Of a stretch of DNA of 64,000 bases, positions 16,858-25,837 are shown piece by piece (positions within the stretch are counted from its first letter, which is position 1; every line of letters starts with the position of its first letter). The notes under the pieces are model-generated. The model saw only the letters and a list, made by a program, of their open reading frames with translations, searched no databases and was not told where the DNA came from. This DNA comes from Pseudobdellovibrionaceae bacterium (lineage in GTDB: Bacteria; Bdellovibrionota; Bdellovibrionia; Bdellovibrionales; Bdellovibrionaceae): NCBI GenBank assembly GCA_039810425.1, contig JBDHWW010000011.1, forward strand, positions 1 through 64,000, in the 5' to 3' direction. The translations under genes and the position numbers were made by a program.

Positions 16858-19800
16858 ATGGATTTTATGGATTTCTTTAGGAAGTTATTTTTTACCCAAG
16901 CCGTGCCGTTGATCAAAAAGGCCAAACTCCAGCATATCGAAGAAAACGATATGCTGCCGCTGCCGGATTTGGTGAACCCACGCTCAATTCCAGTGCCTGT
17001 GAACGAGATTCGCTGGGATTCTCCATGGTCTCATCTGATGTCTTTGATTAAAGTCCAAAGACGTTTTGTGATCCCTGGATACGCTTGGTATGGGCTTAAC
17101 GCGGTTTTCTCGTTGTCGACGCCTGTGTTGGTGCATCACTTTGTCAGTTTGATTTCAAAGGGCGTGACACAAGAGAATTTGGTTGAGGCGATCATCGTGG
17201 GTCTTTTGCTGGGCTTCTGCGGTTTTGTCTCGGGTTTTTGCTTGCAGCATTTCTTTCACAATACTCTTCGCAGCTATCAGGTTTTAACCAATGTTCTGAG
17301 CGAGAAGATTTTTACCCACAGTTTGAAGCTGAGTCAGAATGCCCGTCAGAAGAATCAGCTCGGCGATATCGTAAATTACATGAGTAGTGATAGCGACGCA
17401 GTTGCAGATTGGCCGATCATTTTCGCGGACTTTATCATGTCTATACTAATGATGACGGCCGTGATCGTGATGCTTTTCTATTATATTGGCTGGTCGGCAC
17501 TCGCGGCCTTGATTGTGCTCTTCACGCTGGCACCATTGACGAACTATATAGCGAAACGCTTTACAAAACTCGATGAAGAGATGATGGCTCATCGCGATCA
17601 CCGCGTGACTTTAATTACCCAGGCTCTAAACTCGATTCGCGTCGTGAAGTATTTTGCTTGGGAAAAGAGCGTCTCTAAAGAGGTCACGGAGATTCGCGAG
17701 AAAGAACTGCAAAGCCGTCGCCGCTTGGCGCGCGCTGAAGTGATCGCAAGTCTTGGTTACTTGGGGGTTTCAACATTCGTGCTCTTTGTCGCTTTAGCGG
17801 CGCACGTGCTGCGTGGCCAGACTTTGGATGCGGCGTTGATCTTTACTTGTATCTCGTTGTTCGGATTGCTCGAAGGACCCTTCGGCGAGTTATCGCGTTT
17901 GATTTCCCGTGCGACGGCGGCGAAAGTCGGCGCCGCTCGTCTTTTGAATTTTTTAAAACAAGAAGAGGTTCCGAACTGGCAAAAACAAATTGATACGGCG
18001 GGCAGACCTGTTGGTATTGAAATGCGCGACCTGACTTTGGTGTACCCGGGGACGGAGCGCGCGGTATTAAAACATTTAAACTTGAATATTCCCGCAGGCA
18101 GCTCTGTTGCCATCGTAGGTCCCGTCGGCTCGGGCAAGAGCTCGATTCTCAATACGCTCTTGGGCGAAATGCAACTGGCATCGGGAGGATTTAAGTTCAC
18201 CGGCTTGCCGGAGAGCGTGAGTCCACGTGTCGCTTATGTGCCGCAAGAAGCTTATATCGTAAATACGACACTGCTGGAGAACCTTCAGTTCGGTGAAAAC
18301 GTCACGAAAGAAGAACTCCGCCGGGCATTGCATAGCAGTTGTCTTAGCCAGGACTTGCGCCAATGGAAGGGCGGCCTGCGCACAGAGATCGGCGAAAAAG
18401 GCGTGAATCTTTCCGGTGGTCAGAAACAACGTGTAGCCTTGGGTCGTGCTTTCTTGAGCAAACCTCAGGTGGCGTTGCTGGATGATCCTTTGTCTGCGGT
18501 GGATGCCGACACTGAGAAGCTTTTGTGTGAGCGCTTGATCTTTGGCACTTGGAAAGACGTCACACGCGTTGTGGTGACTCATCGTTTGGAATTCCTGGCG
18601 CGGTTTGATCAAATCATTTTTATGGAGGACGGCGAGGTTAAAGGCCATGGGACACTTGAGCACGTCAAGAAGAGCTGTCCGTCTTTTGTAACTTTCTATG
18701 CAGAGCATGGAAAATCCCATGGTGAGGGTGACATTGCCGTTGTAACAGCGGAGGCCAGCGCGGAAGTGGCGGCTTCGAAAGTGGACGACGAATCTGAAGC
18801 TCGCGTGACTGAAGATGAGGACCGTGAAAAGGGTGCTGTGAAGGGTTCTGTTTACTGGGATTATATTTTGTCTTTGGGTGGTGATGGTAAGTACAAGCGT
18901 CCGCTGATTTTGCTGGCTCTGTTTGTTGCAACCTGCGCGGTGAACTTCTTGCCGCTCATTCAGAAGTCCTGGTTGTCTTACTATTCATCCCACCAGACCG
19001 AATGGCTGGCGCTGACGGCCGTGGGAGTTTATGGCTTGATCGGTTTGGCTTTGCTTGTGTTGACCTTGCTCGACCAGCTCTTTTGGCTCGCACGTGGTAT
19101 TCGGGCCGGCCAGAATACTCACAACAAGATGCTCCACAGCGTATTGCATGCGCCGGTTCGATTCTTTGATTCAACTCCGGTAGGACGTATTCTGCAGAGA
19201 TTCTCGCGTGATATTGAATCTGTCGATGTCTATCTGCAATGGATGTTTAGCGCCGCGGTTAACTGTGCGATGCAGGTGGTTGTGTCGCTCGTGCTGATCT
19301 TGGGTTTAATGCCAATGATGATTTTCGTGATTGGTCCGGTGATGGCGTTGTATTACCTCTTACAAAGGGACTATCGCCGGCCAGCACGCGAAGCAAAACG
19401 TCTTGACAGTGTGGCGCGCTCGCCCCGATATGCGCACTTTAAAGAGAGCTTGCAAGGGCTTGTCGTCATTCGCAGTTCCAACAAGCAAGATTGGTTTATG
19501 AAGAACTTCTACGATAAGCTCGCGCACAGTCAGAGGATGTTCTACTCGCACTATATGCTGAATCGCTGGTTCTCTTCGCGCATTCCACTGGTGGGGGGCA
19601 TGATTGCGATGGCGACAACCGTGGGGATTGCGTTTTCCGCCTATTCCGGCGTGATGAGTGCGGGTACGGCGGGGCTTGTGACGTTGTATTCACTTTCGTT
19701 CTGGGGATATTTGAACTGGGGCGTGAGGGTTTTTGCCGACATCGAATCGCGCATGACTTCAATTGAGCGTTTGAAGTTCTTTGCGAATCTTCCGGCGGAA

Positions 19801-20559
19801 AAAGAGACTGTCAGAAAATCGGCTGAAACTTTGCGCCCGACTTGGCCGGAATTTGGCGAAATCAAAGTTGAAAATCTGCAAGTTCGTTATGCGGAACACT
19901 TGCCGTTGGTGCTCAAGGGCATCACGTTTGATGTTGCGTCGGGCAGTCGTGTGGGGATCATTGGCAGGACCGGCTCAGGTAAGAGCACGTTTTTCCAATC
20001 CCTGTTCCGTTTTATTGAAGCGGAACAGGGGACAATTGCCATTGATGGTGTGGATATTGGGACAATCCCGTTAGAAAAACTACGCCGCAATCTTGCAATC
20101 ATTCCACAAGATCCCACATTATTCCTTGGAACCATACGGAACAACTTGGATCGCTTTAATGAGTATTCTGACAAAGACGTGACGGAGGCCTTGAAACTCG
20201 CTTCCATGTGGGAATATGTGGCGAGCCTTCCGCAAGGATTGAATTCGCCGGTGACTGAGAGTGGTCTCAATTTAAGTCAGGGACAGCGCCAATTGTTGTG
20301 TTTAGCAAGGGCTTTGCTGACCAAAGCGCGCGTGATTGTGATGGATGAGGCCACAGCAAGCGTCGATGTGCAGACAGACGCGTTGTTGCAGAAGGTCATC
20401 AGGAGTGCGTTTAGCGGAGTGACGATGTTGATTATTGCCCATCGCCTTGGCACGGTCGCTGATTGTGATCAGATCGTGGAAATTTCCGCGGGCGAGGTAA
20501 AGTCGGTCCGACGCCCAGGAGAATGGACGCGGCAAGAAATTGAAGAGAGTTTGGTGTAA
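16858..20559 (+). CDS. full-length ABC exporter, ABCC/MRP-like (TMD-NBD-TMD-NBD)
   Basis: Walker A GPVGSGKS and GRTGSGKS; TEIGEKGVNLSGGQKQR, LLDDPLSAVD, FFDSTPVGRILQRFSRD, LSQGQRQLLCLARALL, DEATASVD. Start uncertain (16849/16858/16867). Confidence 0.93.
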   Translation: MDFMDFFRKLFFTQAVPLIKKAKLQHIEENDMLPLPDLVNPRSIPVPVNEIRWDSPWSHLMSLIKVQRRFVIPGYAWYGLNAVFSLSTPVLVHHFVSLISKGVTQENLVEAIIVGLLLGFCGFVSGFCLQHFFHNTLRSYQVLTNVLSEKIFTHSLKLSQNARQKNQLGDIVNYMSSDSDAVADWPIIFADFIMSILMMTAVIVMLFYYIGWSALAALIVLFTLAPLTNYIAKRFTKLDEEMMAHRDHRVTLITQALNSIRVVKYFAWEKSVSKEVTEIREKELQSRRRLARAEVIASLGYLGVSTFVLFVALAAHVLRGQTLDAALIFTCISLFGLLEGPFGELSRLISRATAAKVGAARLLNFLKQEEVPNWQKQIDTAGRPVGIEMRDLTLVYPGTERAVLKHLNLNIPAGSSVAIVGPVGSGKSSILNTLLGEMQLASGGFKFTGLPESVSPRVAYVPQEAYIVNTTLLENLQFGENVTKEELRRALHSSCLSQDLRQWKGGLRTEIGEKGVNLSGGQKQRVALGRAFLSKPQVALLDDPLSAVDADTEKLLCERLIFGTWKDVTRVVVTHRLEFLARFDQIIFMEDGEVKGHGTLEHVKKSCPSFVTFYAEHGKSHGEGDIAVVTAEASAEVAASKVDDESEARVTEDEDREKGAVKGSVYWDYILSLGGDGKYKRPLILLALFVATCAVNFLPLIQKSWLSYYSSHQTEWLALTAVGVYGLIGLALLVLTLLDQLFWLARGIRAGQNTHNKMLHSVLHAPVRFFDSTPVGRILQRFSRDIESVDVYLQWMFSAAVNCAMQVVVSLVLILGLMPMMIFVIGPVMALYYLLQRDYRRPAREAKRLDSVARSPRYAHFKESLQGLVVIRSSNKQDWFMKNFYDKLAHSQRMFYSHYMLNRWFSSRIPLVGGMIAMATTVGIAFSAYSGVMSAGTAGLVTLYSLSFWGYLNWGVRVFADIESRMTSIERLKFFANLPAEKETVRKSAETLRPTWPEFGEIKVENLQVRYAEHLPLVLKGITFDVASGSRVGIIGRTGSGKSTFFQSLFRFIEAEQGTIAIDGVDIGTIPLEKLRRNLAIIPQDPTLFLGTIRNNLDRFNEYSDKDVTEALKLASMWEYVASLPQGLNSPVTESGLNLSQGQRQLLCLARALLTKARVIVMDEATASVDVQTDALLQKVIRSAFSGVTMLIIAHRLGTVADCDQIVEISAGEVKSVRRPGEWTRQEIEESLV

Positions 20560-20570
20560 ATCCTTTGGGC

Positions 20571-21323
20571 CTAACCAGCTAAAATCTTTTTTGCAATTTC
20601 AGCAAAGCCCACGCCGCCACGTGATTTCGTGATGTGCGTGGGCTTGTGCTTGATGTCGTTGATAAAGTTCTGAATGTTGGCCACTGCATAGGAATGTGGG
20701 AAGTAAGCGAACATCGGTTCGTCATTTGGAGAGTCGCCACTGAAAGCACAAACTTTTTTCGCTTCTTCCGCGCCCACGTCGAATTCTTTTTGCAACATCG
20801 TCAAAGTCATCGTGAGTTTGTCGTAAGTGCCGAACCAACCATTGACGTGAATCGAAGAAACTTTGGCTTGAGCCCCGTGCTGATGGAAGATGTCCACGAT
20901 CTTTTGCACCTCCGGTTTCGGAAGCGCGGGAACATCTTCGCAGAAATCAATCGCAAGATCCATCAAACGGCAGAACTGATCACTGGCCAAGGCGCAACCT
21001 GGAACCTTCGAGAGAATTTCCGTCTCTAACTTGTTGAGTTTATCGCGATGGGCTTTTTGGGTTTTCTCGTCGAAGAAAAAGTGACGGAACATTTTCTTGT
21101 TGTGATAGCGAAAATAAAACCCACCGTTCTCTCCGACAACGCCACTCACGGGCCATTGTCTTGCGATCATTTCGCACCACCCGGCAGGACGTCCAGTAAT
21201 TGGAATCACATGCACGCCCGCTCGATGCAAACTCCACAAGGACTCATAGGCTTCGGGTCCCAAAAGACCTTCGTCGGTCAGAGTGTCGTCGATGTCAGTT
21301 AGAAGAAATTTTATTTTCGGCAT
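20571..21323 (-). CDS. HAD-IIB family hydrolase
   Basis: TDIDDTLT, ITGR, ENGG, SSIHVNGW, GDSPNDEPMF. Confidence 0.88.
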   Translation of the reverse strand: MPKIKFLLTDIDDTLTDEGLLGPEAYESLWSLHRAGVHVIPITGRPAGWCEMIARQWPVSGVVGENGGFYFRYHNKKMFRHFFFDEKTQKAHRDKLNKLETEILSKVPGCALASDQFCRLMDLAIDFCEDVPALPKPEVQKIVDIFHQHGAQAKVSSIHVNGWFGTYDKLTMTLTMLQKEFDVGAEEAKKVCAFSGDSPNDEPMFAYFPHSYAVANIQNFINDIKHKPTHITKSRGGVGFAEIAKKILAG

Positions 21324-21461
21324 GGGTCGAGTTCCTTCCTAACATGTTAAGTGGTCTCATTAGGAAGCGCAAAGTCAAAATTTATACTTGCGCAGTTGGA
21401 AAATCGGCTTCATGGTTTGTCTATATATTAGTAGTGCCTGCACATGATGAAGGTGTAAAAA

Positions 21462-24176
21462 ATGGCGAAGAAATCAGCAGATGGTATTAAATTAGTAGTC
21501 GTAGAGTCGCCGACCAAGGCCAAAACCATTCGTAAATTCCTCGGGAAGGATTATGTGGTTGAGTCTTGCATGGGCCACATCCGCGATTTGCCGCAATCCG
21601 CAAAAGACATCCCTGAAAAAGTTAAAAAAGAAAAATGGGCTCAGCTCGGCGTGAACGTCGATAAAAATTTTGAGCCACTTTACTGCGTTCCGAAAGACAA
21701 AACCAAAGTTGTTAAGAATCTTAAAGACAAACTCGAAGAAGCCGCAGAGCTTTACCTTGCGACGGACGAAGACCGCGAAGGGGAGAGTATCAGCTGGCAC
21801 TTGCTGGAAGTTTTGAAACCCAAAGTACCAACCAAGCGAATGGTGTTTCATGAGATCACGAAAGATGCGATCCAAAAATCACTGAGTGACACGCGCGAAA
21901 TCGACTTTAATCTCGTCAAGGCCCAAGAGGCCCGCCGTGTTCTGGATCGTTTGGTGGGTTATACGATTTCTCCACTTCTTTGGAAAAAAGTGGCTTATGG
22001 TTTGTCCGCTGGCCGCGTTCAGTCGGTGGCGGTTCGTTTGATCGTGGAGCGCGAGCATGAGCGCATCCGTTTCAAAAGTTCGAGCTACTGGGGCATTCTG
22101 GCGAGCTTGCAAAAAGACGGTGTTGAATTCGAAGCCCGTTTGCAAAACGTCAACGCTCAGCGCGTGGCGACGGGTAAAGATTTCGACGGTACAACGGGTA
22201 AACTGGTTGCGGGTAAAGATGTTTTGGTGCTCGATGAAAAACGGGCCAAAGATCTTGCGACGGCAAGTAAATCAGGCTCATGGGTTGTTTCGGACGTTGA
22301 AGAAAAACCAACCACTCGTCGCCCGGCAGCCCCATTCATCACTTCGACTTTGCAACAAGAAGCCAATAGAAAAATGGGCTTGAGCTCACGTGAAACGATG
22401 CAAGTGGCGCAGAAGCTTTATGAACAGGGCTTTATCACTTACATGAGAACGGACTCGACATTCTTGTCGTCGGAGGCGATCACAGCGTCCCGCAATTGTA
22501 TTCAAGGTAAATACGGTAGAGAGTATCTCCCGGGGGCCCCACGCTTCTATGCTGCGAAAAAAGTCAAAGGCGCGCAAGAGGCCCATGAAGCGATCCGCCC
22601 GGCGGGTGTGAGCTTTGTAGATCCGGACGAAACGGGTCTGATAGGTACGCAGTTTAAACTTTACGATATGATCTGGAAGCGCACGATCGCCAGTCAAATG
22701 GTTGATGCTCGCCAGAAACAAGTCATTGCGAAAATTCAAGTCGGAGAAGCGCTCTTCGGTGCATCGGGCATGACAATTGAATTCCCGGGCTTCCTCCGCG
22801 CCTATGTGGAAGGCAGCGATGATCCTGAAGCTGACTTGGCAGAACGCGAAGTGCGTTTACCGGCTTTGAAAGTCAAAGACGGCGTAAAATGCGCGAAAGC
22901 GGACCCGACCTCTCACGAAACAAAACCACCAGCGCGTTTCACGGAGGCCAGCCTGGTACAAACGATGGAAAAAGAGGGGATCGGCCGCCCGTCAACATAC
23001 GCGTCGGTTATCGGCACCATCATTGACCGCGGTTATGTTCGCAAGCTGGGCACGGCTTTGATTCCGACATTCACGGCGATGGTGGTTTCAAAACTCCTCA
23101 GTCGTTATCTTCCTCAGTATGTGGATCTTGGTTTTACCTCTGAAATGGAAAGATCTCTTGATGGAATCGCTGATGGTGATTTGGAGCTCGAAAAATATTT
23201 GAAATCGATTTATTTCGGACCAAAAGGCTTGAAAGAACAAGTCGAAGAGCAAGCGGGCAAAATTGATCCTGAAGATGCGCGTACGATCAAGCTCGAAGGC
23301 ATGGAAAAATATGCTTTCCACGTCGGTCGGTACGGAGCTTATCTCACAACCCAGCGTGATGGCCAGGATGTCAGCGCTTCGTTGCCAGAGAGTGAATCTC
23401 CGGCGGACATCACTCCGGAGATCGCGGAAAAACTCATCGATCAAAAGATCAATGGGGCAGATGCCCTTGGTAAAGATCCGGCAACCGACCAGCCGATCTA
23501 CGTTCTCAATGGCCGCTATGGGCCTTACGTCCAATTGGGTGATGTGGGTGATACGGATAAACCTAAACGGGCGTCGCTTCCTCCGGGCGTGCAACCGGAA
23601 GATGTGACTTTGCCGATTGCTTTGGAATTGCTCAGCTTACCGAAAACCCTCGGCACCCATCCGGGTACCGGTAAAGAGATCAAAGCCGGTCTCGGCCGCT
23701 TCGGCCCGTTCGTTGTTTGTGATGGCGACTATCGCTCTATTCCAAAAGGGGAAAGCATTTTCACAATCACTTTGGAAAGAGCTCTCGAGATGTTGAGCAC
23801 GCCGAAAAAAGGCCGTGGTAAAGCGGCTCCGCTCAAGGACTTGGGCATGCACCCCGGCACCGAGCAAGCGATTCAGATCTACAACGGCCCCTATGGTCCG
23901 TACATCAAATCAGGAAAGACCAACGTGTCTTTGCCCGAAGGGGCAACGGTAGAGACTGTGACGCTTGAGCAGGCGATTGAGCTTATCAACGATAAGGCCG
24001 GTACGACTTCGAAAAAGCCTAAAGGCAAGGCAAAGAAAGCCGCTGCTCCGAAAAAAGCTGCTGCTGCAAAAGAAGGAGCGGGACCAAGGGCGGCCAAAAA
24101 AACCGTCGGCAAGTCTGAAAAAGCTCAACAGTTTCAAGTTGCGAAAGTAGTGACTCGTAAAAAAGCTAAGAAATAA
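21462..24176 (+). CDS. topA: DNA topoisomerase I with Topo_C repeats and Lys/Ala-rich tail
   Basis: VVESPTKAKTI, ATDEDREGE, SAGRVQS, catalytic ITYMRTD, AQEAHEAIRP, repeated GRYGPY/GRFGPF. Confidence 0.97.
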   Translation: MAKKSADGIKLVVVESPTKAKTIRKFLGKDYVVESCMGHIRDLPQSAKDIPEKVKKEKWAQLGVNVDKNFEPLYCVPKDKTKVVKNLKDKLEEAAELYLATDEDREGESISWHLLEVLKPKVPTKRMVFHEITKDAIQKSLSDTREIDFNLVKAQEARRVLDRLVGYTISPLLWKKVAYGLSAGRVQSVAVRLIVEREHERIRFKSSSYWGILASLQKDGVEFEARLQNVNAQRVATGKDFDGTTGKLVAGKDVLVLDEKRAKDLATASKSGSWVVSDVEEKPTTRRPAAPFITSTLQQEANRKMGLSSRETMQVAQKLYEQGFITYMRTDSTFLSSEAITASRNCIQGKYGREYLPGAPRFYAAKKVKGAQEAHEAIRPAGVSFVDPDETGLIGTQFKLYDMIWKRTIASQMVDARQKQVIAKIQVGEALFGASGMTIEFPGFLRAYVEGSDDPEADLAEREVRLPALKVKDGVKCAKADPTSHETKPPARFTEASLVQTMEKEGIGRPSTYASVIGTIIDRGYVRKLGTALIPTFTAMVVSKLLSRYLPQYVDLGFTSEMERSLDGIADGDLELEKYLKSIYFGPKGLKEQVEEQAGKIDPEDARTIKLEGMEKYAFHVGRYGAYLTTQRDGQDVSASLPESESPADITPEIAEKLIDQKINGADALGKDPATDQPIYVLNGRYGPYVQLGDVGDTDKPKRASLPPGVQPEDVTLPIALELLSLPKTLGTHPGTGKEIKAGLGRFGPFVVCDGDYRSIPKGESIFTITLERALEMLSTPKKGRGKAAPLKDLGMHPGTEQAIQIYNGPYGPYIKSGKTNVSLPEGATVETVTLEQAIELINDKAGTTSKKPKGKAKKAAAPKKAAAAKEGAGPRAAKKTVGKSEKAQQFQVAKVVTRKKAKK

Positions 24177-24187
24177 GGAACTCTGAA

Positions 24188-24805
24188 ATGAAAAGAGTAT
24201 TTGCAGCCCTGTTGGTATTTTCTTATTTTGTGGCCTCCCTGGCTCATGCGTGGGTCGACCCTGAAAATGAGGCCAAAAAATACCACCAAGTGAAGGCTTG
24301 GCAGGGGGTTGATTTTACCTTTACCGGGTTCTCCTCATCGACGGGGACGAGGGCTGTAACCTATCGAAATGCGGTCAATGACTTCTGGGAGTGGAATGCC
24401 GGAACAGGGGTGGACGCCCTGGGCTGGTTCTTTACCGGCGGGGCCAACTATTTCTTCTATAACTGGCCTAAAACCACCTGTTTCTTTGCCTTTTCTTGCC
24501 ACGGCCAAGTCTTGGTCGGCGGAAACCTCTACTATGCAAATGGCGGACGTACGACCTACACCCACAACGGAGCCGATACTATTTACGATCAAGGCAACTC
24601 CATGTATGCCCTGCCAGGGGTCGCTTTTCGCTCTATTTACCAGGAGTTTTTTTCACTCACCCTAGATGTGGGATACCGAGTCATGGTACAAAAGGCATCT
24701 ATTAAACGTAGTTACGGCGCACTGGTTCAGAGTGATATCGATGAAATGGAAAAAGCCAATGCTAGCGGTTTTGGCGCTTCGGTGGCTCTCGGGATCGTGT
24801 TCTAA
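24188..24805 (+). CDS. outer membrane beta-barrel protein
   Basis: Signal peptide (AHA); aromatic-rich amphipathic strands; terminal ALGIVF. Confidence 0.72.
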   Translation: MKRVFAALLVFSYFVASLAHAWVDPENEAKKYHQVKAWQGVDFTFTGFSSSTGTRAVTYRNAVNDFWEWNAGTGVDALGWFFTGGANYFFYNWPKTTCFFAFSCHGQVLVGGNLYYANGGRTTYTHNGADTIYDQGNSMYALPGVAFRSIYQEFFSLTLDVGYRVMVQKASIKRSYGALVQSDIDEMEKANASGFGASVALGIVF

Positions 24806-24823
24806 GGCCCTTGAGGTTTTGTT

Positions 24824-25726
24824 ATGACGAACTCCCACAAGGGGCAGTTGGAACTGGGGATCCAGCGGCTCCACGAAAAAGACAGAAATCATCATTTGGG
24901 TGGGCGTAGTTTCTATTTCTTCGACTTCGACGATAACATTGCGTTCCTTTCGACTCCCCTGATTTTGTTCAACAAAACGACCGGAGAAGAGCTGCGTGTC
25001 GGCAGTGGTGAATACGCAAAAATCCATTCCATCATTGGTGAGCCAGGTCCTTTCCGGGACTATGAAGTTCGCTTTGACGATGAGACCGGCACATACCGTA
25101 ATTTTCGTGACATCAACATCGGCGAGCTTGAAAAGCTTGAGGGTAAAAAGCAGATTTTCGTGCAGGATTTGGCGGAGGCTTTAGGCTTTCCGGATGTTCA
25201 GTGGAAAGGTCCTTCTTGGCAGTGCTTCTATCACGCCACCTTCAACCGCCGTCCAATTTCCGTGATCACTGCTCGTGGTCATCATCCTGAAACTTTGAAG
25301 GCGGGGATTCAGCTTTTCGTGGATCGTCAGTTCCTTCCATATGAGCCAAACTATTTGAGTTTGTTTCCCGTGAACCATAAGCCGACTCGTCATGTACTGG
25401 GTGATACCGATCTCACGATGAACGCGGCACAGTTAAAACAAAAAGCGATCCGGGCCAGTGTGGAAAGAGCGTTGGAAGTTTATGGTCACAGTCCACATCA
25501 CCGCTTTGGAATGTCCGACGATGATCCAAAGAACATCCAATTGATCGCAGAAGAGATGATTCGCTTAAAGGCGGATTATCCTGAAATGTCTTTCTTTTTG
25601 ATTGCCACCCATGATGGCAATTTCGTCAAGCACGAGATCACTCGTCATGGATCTGAGCCCAAAGTAGGTGAGGCTAGCGGTGTAAATCAGCTCAATTTGT
25701 TTGATATTGATAGACATAGGTCCTAA
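24824..25726 (+). CDS. HAD-like protein (DFDDN motif) with C-terminal QLNLF
   Basis: HAD motif I FFDFDDNI, motif II ITARGH, motif III K, motif IV GMSDDD. Confidence 0.75.
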   Translation: MTNSHKGQLELGIQRLHEKDRNHHLGGRSFYFFDFDDNIAFLSTPLILFNKTTGEELRVGSGEYAKIHSIIGEPGPFRDYEVRFDDETGTYRNFRDINIGELEKLEGKKQIFVQDLAEALGFPDVQWKGPSWQCFYHATFNRRPISVITARGHHPETLKAGIQLFVDRQFLPYEPNYLSLFPVNHKPTRHVLGDTDLTMNAAQLKQKAIRASVERALEVYGHSPHHRFGMSDDDPKNIQLIAEEMIRLKADYPEMSFFLIATHDGNFVKHEITRHGSEPKVGEASGVNQLNLFDIDRHRS

Positions 25727-25755
25727 CGCATAGCCGACCATATTTTCTTTGTTTA

Positions 25756-25763
25756 GCCGATAA
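25756..25763 (+). promoter_or_regulatory. candidate sigma28 (FliA) -10 element
   Basis: Perfect GCCGATAA 75 nt upstream of prc; a second GCCGACCA at 25733-25740; no clear -35. Confidence 0.35.
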
Positions 25764-25837
25764 TTTGAATGATCTCGCTTAGATATTTGTTATTCTAGAT
25801 GGATCGACCTTACAGGTAGACCATAGGAAGGATATAC

